From a bacterium (lineage in GTDB: Bacteria > Patescibacteriota > Dojkabacteria > GCA-016699595 > JBAXKR01), in assembly GCA_037131125.1 (NCBI GenBank), contig JBAXRR010000003.1, forward strand, positions 3,682 through 67,681: 64,000 nt of DNA. Direction: 5' to 3'. How positions within the stretch are numbered: position 1 is the stretch's first letter; each line of letters starts with the position of its first letter. The notes beneath the pieces are model-generated. The model saw only the letters and a list, made by a program, of their open reading frames with translations, was not told the DNA's origin and made no database searches. Below, piece after piece: positions 1-12,992 of the stretch. The position numbers and the translations under genes are program-made.

Positions 1-286
1 TGCAATGAAGTTACTTCAAATAGATAACTTAGGGCTTGATGAGAACGACCGAAAGATTCTTCAAGTTATCATTACTAACTTTGAAGGAGGTCCAGTTGGA
101 CTTGGTACAATTGCAGCATCTTTGTCTGAAGAAGAAGACACAATTGCTGATGTATATGAGCCATACTTAATACAAATTGGCTTTTTACAAAGGACTCCAA
201 AGGGAAGAGTTGCAACTAAGAAGGCGTATGAGTATCTTGGGCTAGATTACACTGCTGACTCACTTGATCAGTCAAGTTTGCTATAA
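1..286 (+). CDS. ruvB: Holliday junction helicase RuvB, C-terminal winged-helix part (5' end of gene lies upstream of the window)
   Basis: Motifs GGPVGL..TIA, EPYLIQ.GFLQRTPRGR match the RuvB C-terminal domain. The ORF is open from the window edge. Confidence 0.7.
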   Translation, partial: AMKLLQIDNLGLDENDRKILQVIITNFEGGPVGLGTIAASLSEEEDTIADVYEPYLIQIGFLQRTPKGRVATKKAYEYLGLDYTADSLDQSSLL

Positions 287-303
287 TTTGTTAGAGAAAA
301 TAA

Positions 304-1140
304 ATGCAAATATCTACAAGAATAAAAACAATTTTAGCAACTATAGTAACTTCACTTGTGTATGTCGCGTTTGAATTTGGTATTTTTAGATTGGACTTTC
401 AAGGAATTACAGAACTCGGAAGAAGAGTAGGGGTGTCGTTAATTATTGCTGTTGTTCTCTACTTCAGTATTATGTGGGTAGTTTCTTTCAGGCTTAATTT
501 CATTAGGATATTAATAATTCCACTTTTTCCTGCATTATTCATGTTCCTATTCTCTCTTTTTGTTGGATTAACTTTCTACCAGGGAATATTTGGAGTTACA
601 GCTATTACACTTTCCTTCATAACAACTATAATTATTGTTCTTCTTACATATGGACTTGTTCTTAATGTAAATATTCTTAATGTTGCAAGTTTTAACGATA
701 CTTTACCACTTGCAAGAGCTGCCAAAACTGCACAGTACATATTCTCATTAATATGTAATTATCTCTTCTTTACGATCATCTACAACGTCAATATTAGTAA
801 CGTTCTTAGAACAATACTAACTCTTCTTTTCATGTTCTATTTAAGTTTTCAGCTTCTTTGGGTTATGTCCTTGTCTTCAAGAATAAATATAAGGTTAACA
901 TTACCAATAGGGTTAGTTCTTTTCGTTATTACACTTGCATTTAATCTTTGGCCAATATCTTCAGAATTTATAGCACTTCTTCTTACAACTTGTTTCTACG
1001 TCATTTTTGGTGTTGCATTAGAGTCCTCTCCTAAATTCTCTCGAGAAGTTATTTTTGAGTATTCCATAATTACATTCTTAGTGTTATTCTTCTGTTTTCT
1101 AGTAACCGACTGGGGAATTAATGGAAGAATGATTGGGTAA
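304..1140 (+). CDS. polytopic integral membrane protein, unknown function
   Basis: 278 aa, about 8 hydrophobic segments, no recognisable motif. Confidence 0.5.
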   Translation: MQISTRIKTILATIVTSLVYVAFEFGIFRLDFQGITELGRRVGVSLIIAVVLYFSIMWVVSFRLNFIRILIIPLFPALFMFLFSLFVGLTFYQGIFGVTAITLSFITTIIIVLLTYGLVLNVNILNVASFNDTLPLARAAKTAQYIFSLICNYLFFTIIYNVNISNVLRTILTLLFMFYLSFQLLWVMSLSSRINIRLTLPIGLVLFVITLAFNLWPISSEFIALLLTTCFYVIFGVALESSPKFSREVIFEYSIITFLVLFFCFLVTDWGINGRMIG

Positions 1141-1262
1141 TGTTGTAATAATACATGACTTTCCCACGATTCGTAGACTTAACGAAACAAATACTCGCAG
1201 ACTAGGTATTATTGAACAAAGTATCCTATAATGATATAATATAACTCTATTAATATTGATAA

Positions 1263-3622
1263 ATGGTATCAACAGAAGGTCAAAAAACTACAGAGACAAC
1301 ATTTAGAAATGCACTTCATATAAGTGCTTTTAGAGGTGCAATACTCCAAAACTTATCTGTAGGTACTTACATTGAAAGAGTCAAACCCTTACAAACCTGG
1401 TTTACCCTATATGGTAGGCTAAATCACTACATAGGTAATTCAGTTGAAAGGGGAATTCTAAAGCCTGCTCAGCTAAAGGTAGTTGAGAACCTCAGAGATT
1501 TTCTTTTTGAAAGAAAGGTGGTTCCAGTAAAGTCCGAAGAAGAGAGACCAACTAGCAAAATGGATGTTAGGGGATTTATTGAACTCCCAACAGGTTTTGG
1601 TAAAACTGTGATATTTTCACAGGTAATTAAGGCTTTGTTTGACAAATCCGACCTAGAGGTTACACATAAGATAAATGGGAAGGATTTAAGAGTAGTAATA
1701 GTAGTGCCAACTGTTTTGTTAGTTACTCAGACTAGAGAAAGATTAAATCAATTTGCACCAGAATTGGAAGACAAAATAGGTGTTGTATATTCAGGTGAAA
1801 AAAGGGAACCTAATAAAAGTATTACTATAACTACTTATGATTCTTTCGATACTTTGCGAGCAGATTCTTACGACCTAATGATCCTTGATGAAGTTCATGA
1901 AGCATTAACAGAAAGAAGAAAAAAAACTATAGATTCTTATAAAAATGCAGTTAAGATTGGATTTACAGCTACTCCAGATTACTCAGATTACCAAAAAACT
2001 GCAGATCTATTAAAAACTCAAATCTCAGAAGTTAGTATCCTATCTGCAATTATGGCAGGTTATCTTTGTCCAGTCCGAACTTATATAGTTAAAACCGACT
2101 TTGACTTGAGTTCAGTTAAGGTTAGTGAATCTGGAGATTACAATCCAGGAGAACTAAATAGAGCTGTGAATATAGAAGTAAGAAATAGTGCAGCGGTACA
2201 AATATATAAGGAGTATCTAAATGGGCAACAAGGATTAGCTTTTTGTACTTCAATTGATCATGCTGAAAAAGTTGCAAAGCGCTTTCAAGATGAAGGTATT
2301 ACCTCTGTTGCGGTACATTCTCTAATGAGTCCTGAATTAAGAGATCAAATTAATGAGAGGTTTAACAAGGGGGAAATTAAGGTTTTATGTGTAATGTTAA
2401 TACTCTGACAAGAGGTGCAGACTTTCCTAGTGCACAGTTTGTATTGAATTTAGCCCCTACCAGATCTATTGTAAAAGAAACACAGGCAGCTGGAAGAGCT
2501 CTTCGAAATGATCCAAATTTCCCCAATAAAGTAGCTACAGTAGTGGATTTCATGGATAGTGGGGCAGAAAATAATCCACCAATTATATTTGGAGATATTC
2601 TTCTGGGTCAGGCTGAATTTCAAAGTTATCGAAATTGGTTAGTAGAGAAGCTCCAAGATACAGATGAACAAGTAATTCATGGTGATGGCTTAGGTGAAAG
2701 GGTTCATATAGAAGGAGTAGTTGATGTTCTTACTTCTATAGATAAGGTACTTGAAGTATCTAAAGGGAGAGATATAAACCCTTTTCAAAATTGGGTTTCC
2801 ATTAACAGAATGCAAGATATACTAAAAGCTAAATTACAATTAAGTAGTACGGTTGGTTTAACATACTTAAAAAGGGCAGTTGATGAAATTTTGGCCATTC
2901 CAGAAAACAAAGATTTGTTAGAGACAGAAGTTAACAGAATGTTGAGATCTAATACCGAGTTTGGAGAAAGGTATCTTACAAGATTTTCTCCAGTGATTTT
3001 GCAAAAAGTATTAGATTATTTTAAAGAAATAAAAGATAGATCAGATGCTTTGTATTTAAGTGGTTGGAGAACTCTACGTGAGTGTTCATATTTTTATGGA
3101 ATACCAAGAAAGGTCTTAGATCCAGTGATTGCATCCGAACTAGGTAAAGTAAATGAGTCAGACCATATAGTGAGAAAGTTTTTTGATGAAAATACTATCT
3201 ATGATGAAATAGAATTGTGCTCACCTCAAATAATAGATGCAGCTCTAGATAGTATTTATAAAGCACAGTTTAGTGCAACTGATTCTAAAGCTTCCGACAA
3301 ATTTTTTGGACTCACCAATTATGCCCTTGATAATAGGCTTAGGTATGGAGATATGATTAATTATTACACTTTTCTTAATATAAGAGGTAAATATAGTTTT
3401 GCAACACAACATGATTTTGATTTACTGATAGTCAATCCACTTAAGATAGAAATTGATGCGGCATTGGCTGGTGCAATAAATGATGGTGATGAAAAAAAAC
3501 AAAATCTGCTAAAAAGCATTATAGTTCAAAGAGTTAATCCTAAAGGAGAAAAAGTAACTCTTTACAGAAGAAAACAAATAGATCGCGCATTAAAAGTGTA
3601 TTACGATCAGAGAAAAAAATGA
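1263..3622 (+). pseudogene. SF2 DEAD/DEAH-type helicase (res-subunit-like ATPase core plus ~400 aa C-terminal extension), split by a frameshift near 2392
   Basis: ORFs 1263..2408 and 2387..3622 carry consecutive helicase motifs. Motif I PTGFGKT, motif II DEVH and motif III TATP are in the first ORF. Motif V (NVNTLTRGADFP) and motif VI (QAAGRALR) are in the second. Restoring one A in gtaatg (gtaaatg) fuses them into ...IKVLCVNVNTLTRGADFP... Confidence 0.6.
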
Positions 3623-3936
3623 TTTATTTGCTCTACAAATCAGCAGGGGAGAGGGGAGTTGTTACTTTCTAATAATCCAAGTTAAACATAAATATATAAC
3701 TATAGGTCATTATCTTATAGTTATTCTTGTATTGATGTAATAATTACAACATGTGAAACATCTCAAATTGTGGATAACTAGGCAATCGGTGGGGAAGTAG
3801 TACCTTTTTACTTCACTCCTGCATAACTATCTGTAACTAATCCCTATGAAAGTAGAAGTATTTGAATAAATGTACTGAATAATACTGTTATTAAAGGATA
3901 ATTGAATATATGCTCTTTTAGCAAAAGAGAGAGGTA

Positions 3937-3964
3937 TTGACAGGAATATATTATCGAGTATAAT
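3937..3964 (+). promoter_or_regulatory. near-consensus sigma70-type promoter (TTGACA, 16 nt spacer, TATAAT) about 245 nt upstream of the recombinase gene
   Basis: Sequence ttgacaggaatatattatcgagtataat read directly. Confidence 0.35.
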
Positions 3965-4209
3965 CACTCTTATATGCCGTTTGCGGTATAAGAAGCGAAG
4001 GGTATATGGCTTTTGTCATATATTTATAATATTCTATTAATACTGTTTTAAGGTTCTTTTTTATATTATTTATTTAATTATTAAGTTATTTTTGACTAAT
4101 ATTTTCTCTCAATATTCTATTTATTTCTCTTAGCCTGAGATTTCAATAAAATGGCTAAATATAGGTAAATTGGGGGTTTTGTCAAAATTAGCACTCACCT
4201 ACTTAAATC

Positions 4210-5268
4210 ATGTCAAATATACTTAATAACAAAGAAGAGTTTTATAATAGTCTTTTAAGCAATAATTATAGCGAAAAGACCTTATCTAGCTATAAAAGAG
4301 ACATTAATGCCTTTGAAAGATTCCTAATGTTAAACAAGCTTGATTTTATGACAATAAATCGACTTACTATCAATAACTTTAAGGCAATCCTTATGGGGCC
4401 TGGGCATTTGAAGCTTTTTGAAGATGAAGTTAATGGGACGATAAGAGTTCATACAATATCTAACTCAAAGCCAGGTTTATCAAGCAAATCCGTGAATAGA
4501 ATGTTATCAGCTATAAGGTCATATCTAAGGTTCTTAGTTATCAATGATCTGGAAAGCCCATTACCACCTGATAAAATAGACTTTGTTAAGAAAGAAAAGA
4601 AAGTTTCTTTACTTGCAGATGAGGCAGATATCTTCAGATTAGTTGAGTATCCAACGATATTCGAAAAGGATGAATTTATTAAGTGCCGTAACAGATTATT
4701 CTTAGAACTGTTATTCTCAACTGGTATGAGAATATCTGAGGCTTGTAGTCTCAACATGGATCAGATTGGATATATGGATAAGGCTTCAGGTAAGTTCATT
4801 GTCAATGACAAGATATATATAAGTGGTAAGGGAAAGAAGCAAAGATATATATACATACTACCTAGATGTAAAGAACATATTGAGAAATACTTGGAAATAA
4901 GAAATTCGGAACTACCTGCATTGTTCATACCTAAAACAGGCACTAGAAAGGTCTTAAAAGAGCCTTTGAATATACGAGTATCTAATAACTACTTCCAAAT
5001 GAAGATAGTTCAATATAGAAGACTTCTAGGTATCAATGTAAGAACATCAGCACATAGTCTAAGGCATGGATTTGCAACTTTTCTAGCAGAAAAAGGCGCT
5101 AATGTTGTGGCACTACAAACACTACTAGGCCATGAATCTCTAACTACTACAACTAAGTACTTACATTCTTCAGATAAACTGGCTGAAAAAGTTGTTAGAG
5201 AGCTAGGGGGGACTGACAATCCTTCTGGCACAGCACTTTCTAGTGAATCGAGTTTAAATGAGTTATAA
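4210..5268 (+). CDS. tyrosine-type site-specific recombinase/integrase (XerC/XerD-like)
   Basis: C-terminal catalytic signature HSLRHGFAT ... LLGHESLTTTTKYLH (R-H-R-Y family). N-terminal SAM-like domain. Confidence 0.85.
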   Translation: MSNILNNKEEFYNSLLSNNYSEKTLSSYKRDINAFERFLMLNKLDFMTINRLTINNFKAILMGPGHLKLFEDEVNGTIRVHTISNSKPGLSSKSVNRMLSAIRSYLRFLVINDLESPLPPDKIDFVKKEKKVSLLADEADIFRLVEYPTIFEKDEFIKCRNRLFLELLFSTGMRISEACSLNMDQIGYMDKASGKFIVNDKIYISGKGKKQRYIYILPRCKEHIEKYLEIRNSELPALFIPKTGTRKVLKEPLNIRVSNNYFQMKIVQYRRLLGINVRTSAHSLRHGFATFLAEKGANVVALQTLLGHESLTTTTKYLHSSDKLAEKVVRELGGTDNPSGTALSSESSLNEL

Positions 5269-5778
5269 GCAAGCTTAACTTATTTAAGGTAACTTATCTC
5301 ATCTATTTGAATAAAAAAATATAATTTACGATTAAGAATGATATTTCAACCAATTTTAATTGAAAAATGTCTATTAAAATATAATCTGCTTTTTAATCCT
5401 AATATCGTTTTATTTTTTCTTATAATAAATTAAACTACTTTTACTAACCAGACTATTCAAAAGTAATATAATTTGTTTACTAATTTAAACTAGATAGGTA
5501 GAAATCACCTTCATACATAAAATGCACTCCTAAAATTACTTGTAAGAAAATTAAAAGTACTGAGTATAATCTTTTTGTCACTCTCTTAATCAATTTTAAA
5601 AACATATTTAATGAAGTTTACCTTACTAACATGCTATTAGTTAAAATCTATATTTTATAATTTAGTATTAGAGTATATTTATTAACATGTCTGTAAAGTT
5701 AGTTAATATTTCCCTGTCTCTTACTCTGGCAATGTTAAATATGTTTTTCAGGATAAATAATGCGTAAATAGTAATTTG

Positions 5779-5787
5779 TGCTATAAT
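5779..5787 (+). promoter_or_regulatory. extended -10 element TGcTATAAT about 60 nt upstream of ORF 5849
   Basis: tttgtgctataatcg read directly. Confidence 0.3.
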
Positions 5788-5848
5788 CGCTCCAATTTAT
5801 AAAGTTAGGATTACTATTAACAAATATTTAATTCTTAATATCAATCAT

Positions 5849-6892
5849 ATGGTTACTCCACTTATGGAAGCTGAAGCTACTGCAATAGATACTACTCTTA
5901 AAAATCTTATTATAACTCCCAGACCAGAGGAAAGGATGCTTGAAACATCCTTACTAGCTATTATTGTGACTTCGGAAAATTACGGGAGGCTAACTACTTT
6001 TTATGATGGTGATTATGTAATTAAAGCTAGTGAATTTTCTAAGCTTTCACTTCGTAATGACGAAGATCCAAATTACGATATCTCTGGACTAAAAGCGTTT
6101 ATTTGTAGAATTGATAAAATCACAACTTTAAATGGGGATCCTATTGAGTATTGTTATACTGACCCTAATGGTAAATCAATTACGAAACGTGCCGATTTTT
6201 TGCGTTCGAATTTTTATAATCTTTCATCCATTGGAGATTACAATCCAACTAGCTCTGCTATCACTTATAATGCTGAAATAGTAAGTATAAGAGCTCGTGA
6301 CAAAGTAAATTCGGAATACAAAGCGCAAGTATTAGCAAGACGCCGAGCTCTATATTCTTTGGGGATATCTGAAGTTAGAATATTAATAAGCAATAAATAC
6401 AATTATGAGCCACTTTTTCAATTTCCTGGTGATGATTTTCTACACTTTAATGAAAAGGCAAGTGATGTAGAGTTCAGGGTTTTAAAAGATGTTTTAAAAG
6501 ATACTGAAGAATTTGATGGAGCTAGATTAGTACCAAACGATATATTAGTTATGCATTATGGTAATTCAAATACCCCATACAAGTTGCTTAGATTTGTTGG
6601 ATATCCAGATAGGGAATCTCCAGATCCTTTAAGGAGATTGTATCGTACTGTTGAAGTACGAAAAGATGAGAGTGGATTATCATCCCATGTTTTTGAGTAT
6701 GGGACAGTACTATTTGAAGCACAGATTTATTCGAGAAATGCAAGAGTAAGGATTTTCAAAACTAATAAAGATTTCGTAGAATTTTACAATGAACTCTCGG
6801 AAGTTAAGAATGCTTCAAGTGATCAAATTAAAGCATTGTTATGTACTAAGGCAGGAATAACTATTAAGGAATTAGAAGAAGCAAAAAAATAA
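5849..6892 (+). CDS. hypothetical protein
   Basis: 347 aa ORF with clean coding statistics and no motif I can name. Followed by a strong terminator. Confidence 0.5.
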   Translation: MVTPLMEAEATAIDTTLKNLIITPRPEERMLETSLLAIIVTSENYGRLTTFYDGDYVIKASEFSKLSLRNDEDPNYDISGLKAFICRIDKITTLNGDPIEYCYTDPNGKSITKRADFLRSNFYNLSSIGDYNPTSSAITYNAEIVSIRARDKVNSEYKAQVLARRRALYSLGISEVRILISNKYNYEPLFQFPGDDFLHFNEKASDVEFRVLKDVLKDTEEFDGARLVPNDILVMHYGNSNTPYKLLRFVGYPDRESPDPLRRLYRTVEVRKDESGLSSHVFEYGTVLFEAQIYSRNARVRIFKTNKDFVEFYNELSEVKNASSDQIKALLCTKAGITIKELEEAKK

Positions 6893-6908
6893 CTTTTGAT
6901 ACCATAAA

Positions 6909-6939
6909 GGGGAGTCTTTATGACTCCCCTTTTATTTTT
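6909..6939. terminator. bidirectional intrinsic terminator between convergent genes (ORF 5849 and gyrA)
   Basis: GGGGAGTC-tttat-GACTCCCC hairpin followed by TTTTATTTTT. A-run on the other side. Confidence 0.6.
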
Positions 6940-6956
6940 CATCTATGTTTACATAT

Positions 6957-9584
6957 CTAGATAAGTGCCATTGCAGCAACCTTATCCTCTGGATCATTAA
7001 ATCTTATTAAATGTACTCCACTTGTTTGTCTGTTTCTTTCTGGTAGATCTTTTACCGCTAATCTAATTGATTGACCTTTTTCACTCATAATTAGTATCTC
7101 AAGATCTGGGTGATCCATCACTCTAGCGACGACTAATTCTCCAGTTTTCTTGTTAATCTCATGAGCATAAATTCCACTACCTCCACGACCTTGAATTCCA
7201 AATTGTGCAATTTTTGTTGCCTTACCAAAGCCAAGTTCCGTGATTGTGAGTAAATAATTTTCTTTATTTCTAACTACATCCATTGATATGACTTGGTCGT
7301 TTTCTTTAGCAAATTTGATACCTCTAACTCCCATAGTTGACCTTCCAGTTTCTCTTACATCGTCTTCATGGAAGTGAATAGATTTTGCCATTTGAGTTAC
7401 GATCAATATCTCATCTTTTCCTGTTGTTGGTTTTACCCAAACAAGCTCATCATTTTGTTCTAGCTTAATTGCAATTAATCCATTATTCCTAATGTTTTGG
7501 TAATCCTCAATTAAGGTTTTCTTTACAGTTCCCTTCTTAGTTGCCATGAATAGGAACTTGTAATCTCTACCTTCATGCTCAGTTTTTTCTTCACCTTCTT
7601 GAATTACTTCCTCATCTAGGAATTTACCATTAGAGTGAGTAAGTATTGAGGTTATTCTTTCTCCTTGTTCAACATTAACTATGTTAACAATTGCTTGGCC
7701 TTTAGCTTGTCTGCCAAATTCTGGGATATCATAGACTTTACTTTCAAAAACTCTTCCTTTGTTAGTAAAGAACATAATACTGTCATGAGTTGAGCAGGTG
7801 AATACATGTGCTACGGCATCATCTTCCTTTGTAGTCATCCCTATTTTCCCCTTTCCTCCCCTATTTTGTACTGTATATACATCCTGCTTCATTCTCTTAA
7901 TATATCCCTGTTCACTTACAGTAATTATTACATCTTCTTTAGCTACTAGGTCTTCTTCTGCAACTTCTCCAAGTGCACCCTTATGTAGCTTTGTTCGTCT
8001 TGGGTCATCTACTTTTTCGAGTACTGCTTCAAGCTCAGACTTGATAAAGCCAATAATTTTAAGAGGATCTGAAAGAAGAGCTATTAAGAAGTCTACCTTC
8101 TTTTTAAGTTCTTTATACTCTTCTTCAATTCTCTTTCTTTCAAGTGCAGCAAGTTTTCTAAGTTGCATATCTAGGATAGCTGTTGCTTGTATCTCACTTA
8201 ATTTAAACTTCTTCATAAGTCCGAGTTTTGCAACTTCACTATCTGCAGATTCTCTAATAAGCTTAATAACTGCATCTAGATTATCTAGAGCTATCATTAG
8301 ACCTTCTAAAATGTGTATTCTTTCTTGTGCTTTTGCTAACTCATACTCATTCTTTCTTACTACTATTTCTTGTCTATGCTCAACGAATAGTTCTAATAGC
8401 TTCTTTAAACTCAATACTTTTGGTTCACCTCTTACAAGACAAAGCATATTTGCATTAAATGCTTTTTGAAGTTCAGTGTATTTGAATAAGTTGTTAAGTA
8501 TTACATTTGGCTTACCTTCTCTTTTTATTTCAATAACTATTCTAATACCGAGTTTATTAGATTCATCTCTAATATCTGAAATACCTTCAACCTTTTTGTC
8601 TTTAACAAGTTCAGCAATCTTTGCAACAAGTCTAGCCTTATTCACTTGGTATGGAAGCTCTGAGATTATGATTTCAAATCTTCCACCCTTTGTTTCCTCA
8701 ATCTTTGCAACACCTCTCATGAGTACTCTTCCTCTTCCTGTTGCGTACATGTTCTTAATCTCTTTCTGATCATAGATTACTCCATATGTTGGGAAGTCTG
8801 GTCCTGGAATAAACTTCATAAGATCATCTAGTTCTACATTGGATTCAAATTTAGGATATCTGTCAGGGGCGAGTGTAGCAAGATCTGCAATTGTCTTAAT
8901 ATTCTTTGCATAATTACTATTTCTTGTTAACCACTCCTTTTCAGGCTCCCAACCACTTCCACGAGATAGCATATCTATTAAGGCTTTTACTACCTCTCCA
9001 GCATTATGTGGTGGTATTTTTGTTGCCATACCTACAGCAATACCTTCTGCTCCATTTAAAATTACGTTTGGAAGTAATGATGGCATAACTAATGGCTCTT
9101 TGTAATTACCATCGTAGTTTGGACCATATTCCACTGTTTGGTATTCAAGTTCCTCAATTATGTTCATTGCAAACTTTGTAAGCTTTGCCTCTGTATACCT
9201 CATAGCAGCAGCACTATCTCCATCAATAGATCCAAAGTTTCCTTGTCCATCTATGAGAGGATATCTGTAGCTAAACTCTTGTGCCATACGAACTAACGTA
9301 TCATATACGGCAACATCTCCATGTGGATGATACTTACCAATAACGTCTCCAACGATTCTAGCTGACTTTTTATATCCCTTAGAAGGAATAATCCCCTGCT
9401 TATACATAGAATATAGGATTCTACGTTGAACAGGTTTTAATCCATCTCTAACATCTGGAAGTGCACGAGCAACAATAACGCTCATGGCATAGTTGATGTA
9501 GCTGGTTTTCATCTCCCCTACAACATCTGCATTTCTGATGTTAGTACTAGTATCTGTTGAGTTTGTTATTCTTTTGTCATCCAT
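6957..9584 (-). CDS. gyrA: DNA gyrase subunit A
   Basis: [15 protein letters not shown], catalytic Tyr region [10 protein letters not shown] and C-terminal beta-pinwheel repeats. 875 aa. Confidence 0.95.
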   Translation of the reverse strand: MDDKRITNSTDTSTNIRNADVVGEMKTSYINYAMSVIVARALPDVRDGLKPVQRRILYSMYKQGIIPSKGYKKSARIVGDVIGKYHPHGDVAVYDTLVRMAQEFSYRYPLIDGQGNFGSIDGDSAAAMRYTEAKLTKFAMNIIEELEYQTVEYGPNYDGNYKEPLVMPSLLPNVILNGAEGIAVGMATKIPPHNAGEVVKALIDMLSRGSGWEPEKEWLTRNSNYAKNIKTIADLATLAPDRYPKFESNVELDDLMKFIPGPDFPTYGVIYDQKEIKNMYATGRGRVLMRGVAKIEETKGGRFEIIISELPYQVNKARLVAKIAELVKDKKVEGISDIRDESNKLGIRIVIEIKREGKPNVILNNLFKYTELQKAFNANMLCLVRGEPKVLSLKKLLELFVEHRQEIVVRKNEYELAKAQERIHILEGLMIALDNLDAVIKLIRESADSEVAKLGLMKKFKLSEIQATAILDMQLRKLAALERKRIEEEYKELKKKVDFLIALLSDPLKIIGFIKSELEAVLEKVDDPRRTKLHKGALGEVAEEDLVAKEDVIITVSEQGYIKRMKQDVYTVQNRGGKGKIGMTTKEDDAVAHVFTCSTHDSIMFFTNKGRVFESKVYDIPEFGRQAKGQAIVNIVNVEQGERITSILTHSNGKFLDEEVIQEGEEKTEHEGRDYKFLFMATKKGTVKKTLIEDYQNIRNNGLIAIKLEQNDELVWVKPTTGKDEILIVTQMAKSIHFHEDDVRETGRSTMGVRGIKFAKENDQVISMDVVRNKENYLLTITELGFGKATKIAQFGIQGRGGSGIYAHEINKKTGELVVARVMDHPDLEILIMSEKGQSIRLAVKDLPERNRQTSGVHLIRFNDPEDKVAAMALI

Positions 9585-9607
9585 GGTTACTATAAATTAG
9601 TTAATCT

Positions 9608-9901
9608 TTAAATTGGTTTAATTGTTGTTTTAACAACAGGTCTTTGAGCTCTTTCCAATGCTATTTGTCTTGCCTCAATTACTTCTTTAGGTATATCCAT
9701 AGCAGTTGCTCTGTCATGAATTGGCCTTTCCCAAATAGGATTTACCTCTTTTCCCTTTTTTAATTCATTTGTTGCCAAAGCATGGTGTCTGTGAAGCCCA
9801 AACCCTTTTAATATTTTGTGAAATAATCCTCTCTCAAAACTATTCAGTCCATCTAGTGCAGATTTTGCTTTCATTTCTTCTCCTATACCTGTAGTTTCCA
9901 T
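9608..9901 (-). CDS. hypothetical small basic protein
   Basis: 97 aa ORF between gyrB and gyrA. Confidence 0.45.
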   Translation of the reverse strand: METTGIGEEMKAKSALDGLNSFERGLFHKILKGFGLHRHHALATNELKKGKEVNPIWERPIHDRATAMDIPKEVIEARQIALERAQRPVVKTTIKPI

Positions 9902-9912
9902 ATTATTTATAA

Positions 9913-10404
9913 TTACATTTTTTTATATTTAAATTCCTGCATGTTTTTCCATGCTTTTTCTAAGAAAGCCTCTGACTTCTTAATGTCTCTGTTATATACC
10001 TCGTTTTGCACTTTGTTAATAAATCCTGCCCACATTGTTGCTGTCATTTCTTCTGCACTTTTAAAGTAGCTTGCCAAAATATCCATATCCTTTTTACTTA
10101 CTTTGGTAATATCAAAATCGTAGCTTAAGAATGATCTATAAATATCATAAGATAGACCTTTAGGAAACTTAGATTTGGTATATCTTTCAACAACTTCTTT
10201 AATCTCTTCAATCGTGTATGTTTTAAGTTCTTCTTTGTTAAAATTCCAAGGAGCTTTGCCTTGGAAAATATTTTTTACTTCAAGTCCAGTTAATATCCCA
10301 GTACTTGCTAAATTAAGTAATGGTTCAGGTGTTCCATCACTTAAACTAAAACCGTATTTATCAAATACTGCCTTCTGTTTTTGACTTTTAATAGTACTAA
10401 TTAT
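9913..10404 (-). CDS. hypothetical protein; reading frame open 9913..10416 but has no ATG/GTG/TTG near its 5' end
   Basis: Manual minus-strand translation gives a protein-like ~160 aa sequence (..KAPWNFNKEELKTYTIEEIKEVVERYTKSKFPKGLSYDIYRSF..MDILASYFKSAEEM..). The first ATG is only 57 codons from the stop. Candidate ATA/ATT starts lie at 10399-10404. Confidence 0.4.
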   Translation of the reverse strand: MISTIKSQKQKAVFDKYGFSLSDGTPEPLLNLASTGILTGLEVKNIFQGKAPWNFNKEELKTYTIEEIKEVVERYTKSKFPKGLSYDIYRSFLSYDFDITKVSKKDMDILASYFKSAEEMTATMWAGFINKVQNEVYNRDIKKSEAFLEKAWKNMQEFKYKKM

Positions 10405-10426
10405 ATTTCTAAATCGTTATATTTAA

Positions 10427-12400
<1,974 letters not shown>

Positions 12401-12470
12401 TTATATTAACTTTAATTATACCATATTTGACTCATTCTTGAAGTCAAAAAGGCTTATTTATCAAGCCTAC

Positions 12471-12989
12471 TCATGAGTTTTTCGCTGATTTTGAGGCTTC
12501 TATTTTTCTATTGCCAGCGATAAGCATATACTCCTTTTCTAGCAAAATTGGAAGGTAAAAAGCAACTACTCCTGCTAGGAATGATCCTAAAGCTAGAATT
12601 AGTGCCTCTTTATAGCTAGAGTAAAATACGCCTATTTCGATTCTGACAAGGGATAGGATTGCTCCTATGAAGCTAGATGCAAGGATTGCAGTTATACCTG
12701 TAAAAAATTCAATTAATCTAACGAATTCATAATCCTCGTGTTTTTCTCTTAATGAGTGCCAATGAGCTAGCTTTTCAACCTTAACTTTTAGGAATACTAT
12801 TATTGTTCTATATATAAGTAGTGTAAGAATTGCATACCCAAGCATGTAGGATACTTTCTCTCCAAGGATGATTAAATCGTTCATTGTTCTATCAGTGTTA
12901 ACTGTCAATGAAACAACTATGAGGAGTACAAGCCATAGTATTGTGGATGTAATACTGTAGATAAAAAACACCTTTTGTTTAGTGTTCAT
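12471..12989 (-). CDS. membrane protein, unknown function
   Basis: 172 aa, 4 hydrophobic segments. Confidence 0.5.
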   Translation of the reverse strand: MNTKQKVFFIYSITSTILWLVLLIVVSLTVNTDRTMNDLIILGEKVSYMLGYAILTLLIYRTIIVFLKVKVEKLAHWHSLREKHEDYEFVRLIEFFTGITAILASSFIGAILSLVRIEIGVFYSSYKEALILALGSFLAGVVAFYLPILLEKEYMLIAGNRKIEASKSAKNS

Positions 12990-12992
12990 GAG

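Noticed and set aside
3769-3777. Perfect DnaA-box 9-mer TGTGGATAA as evidence for oriC next to gyrB/gyrA
   Set aside because: It is a single box with no cluster and no dnaA/dnaN in the window. One 9-mer match is expected by chance in 64 kb of AT-rich DNA.
7798-9088. Plus-strand ORFs 7798..8469, 8476..8769 and 8906..9088 inside gyrA
   Set aside because: They are antisense to a high-confidence gyrA CDS. Their Ser/Leu/Phe-rich composition is typical of reverse-frame translation of AT-rich coding DNA.
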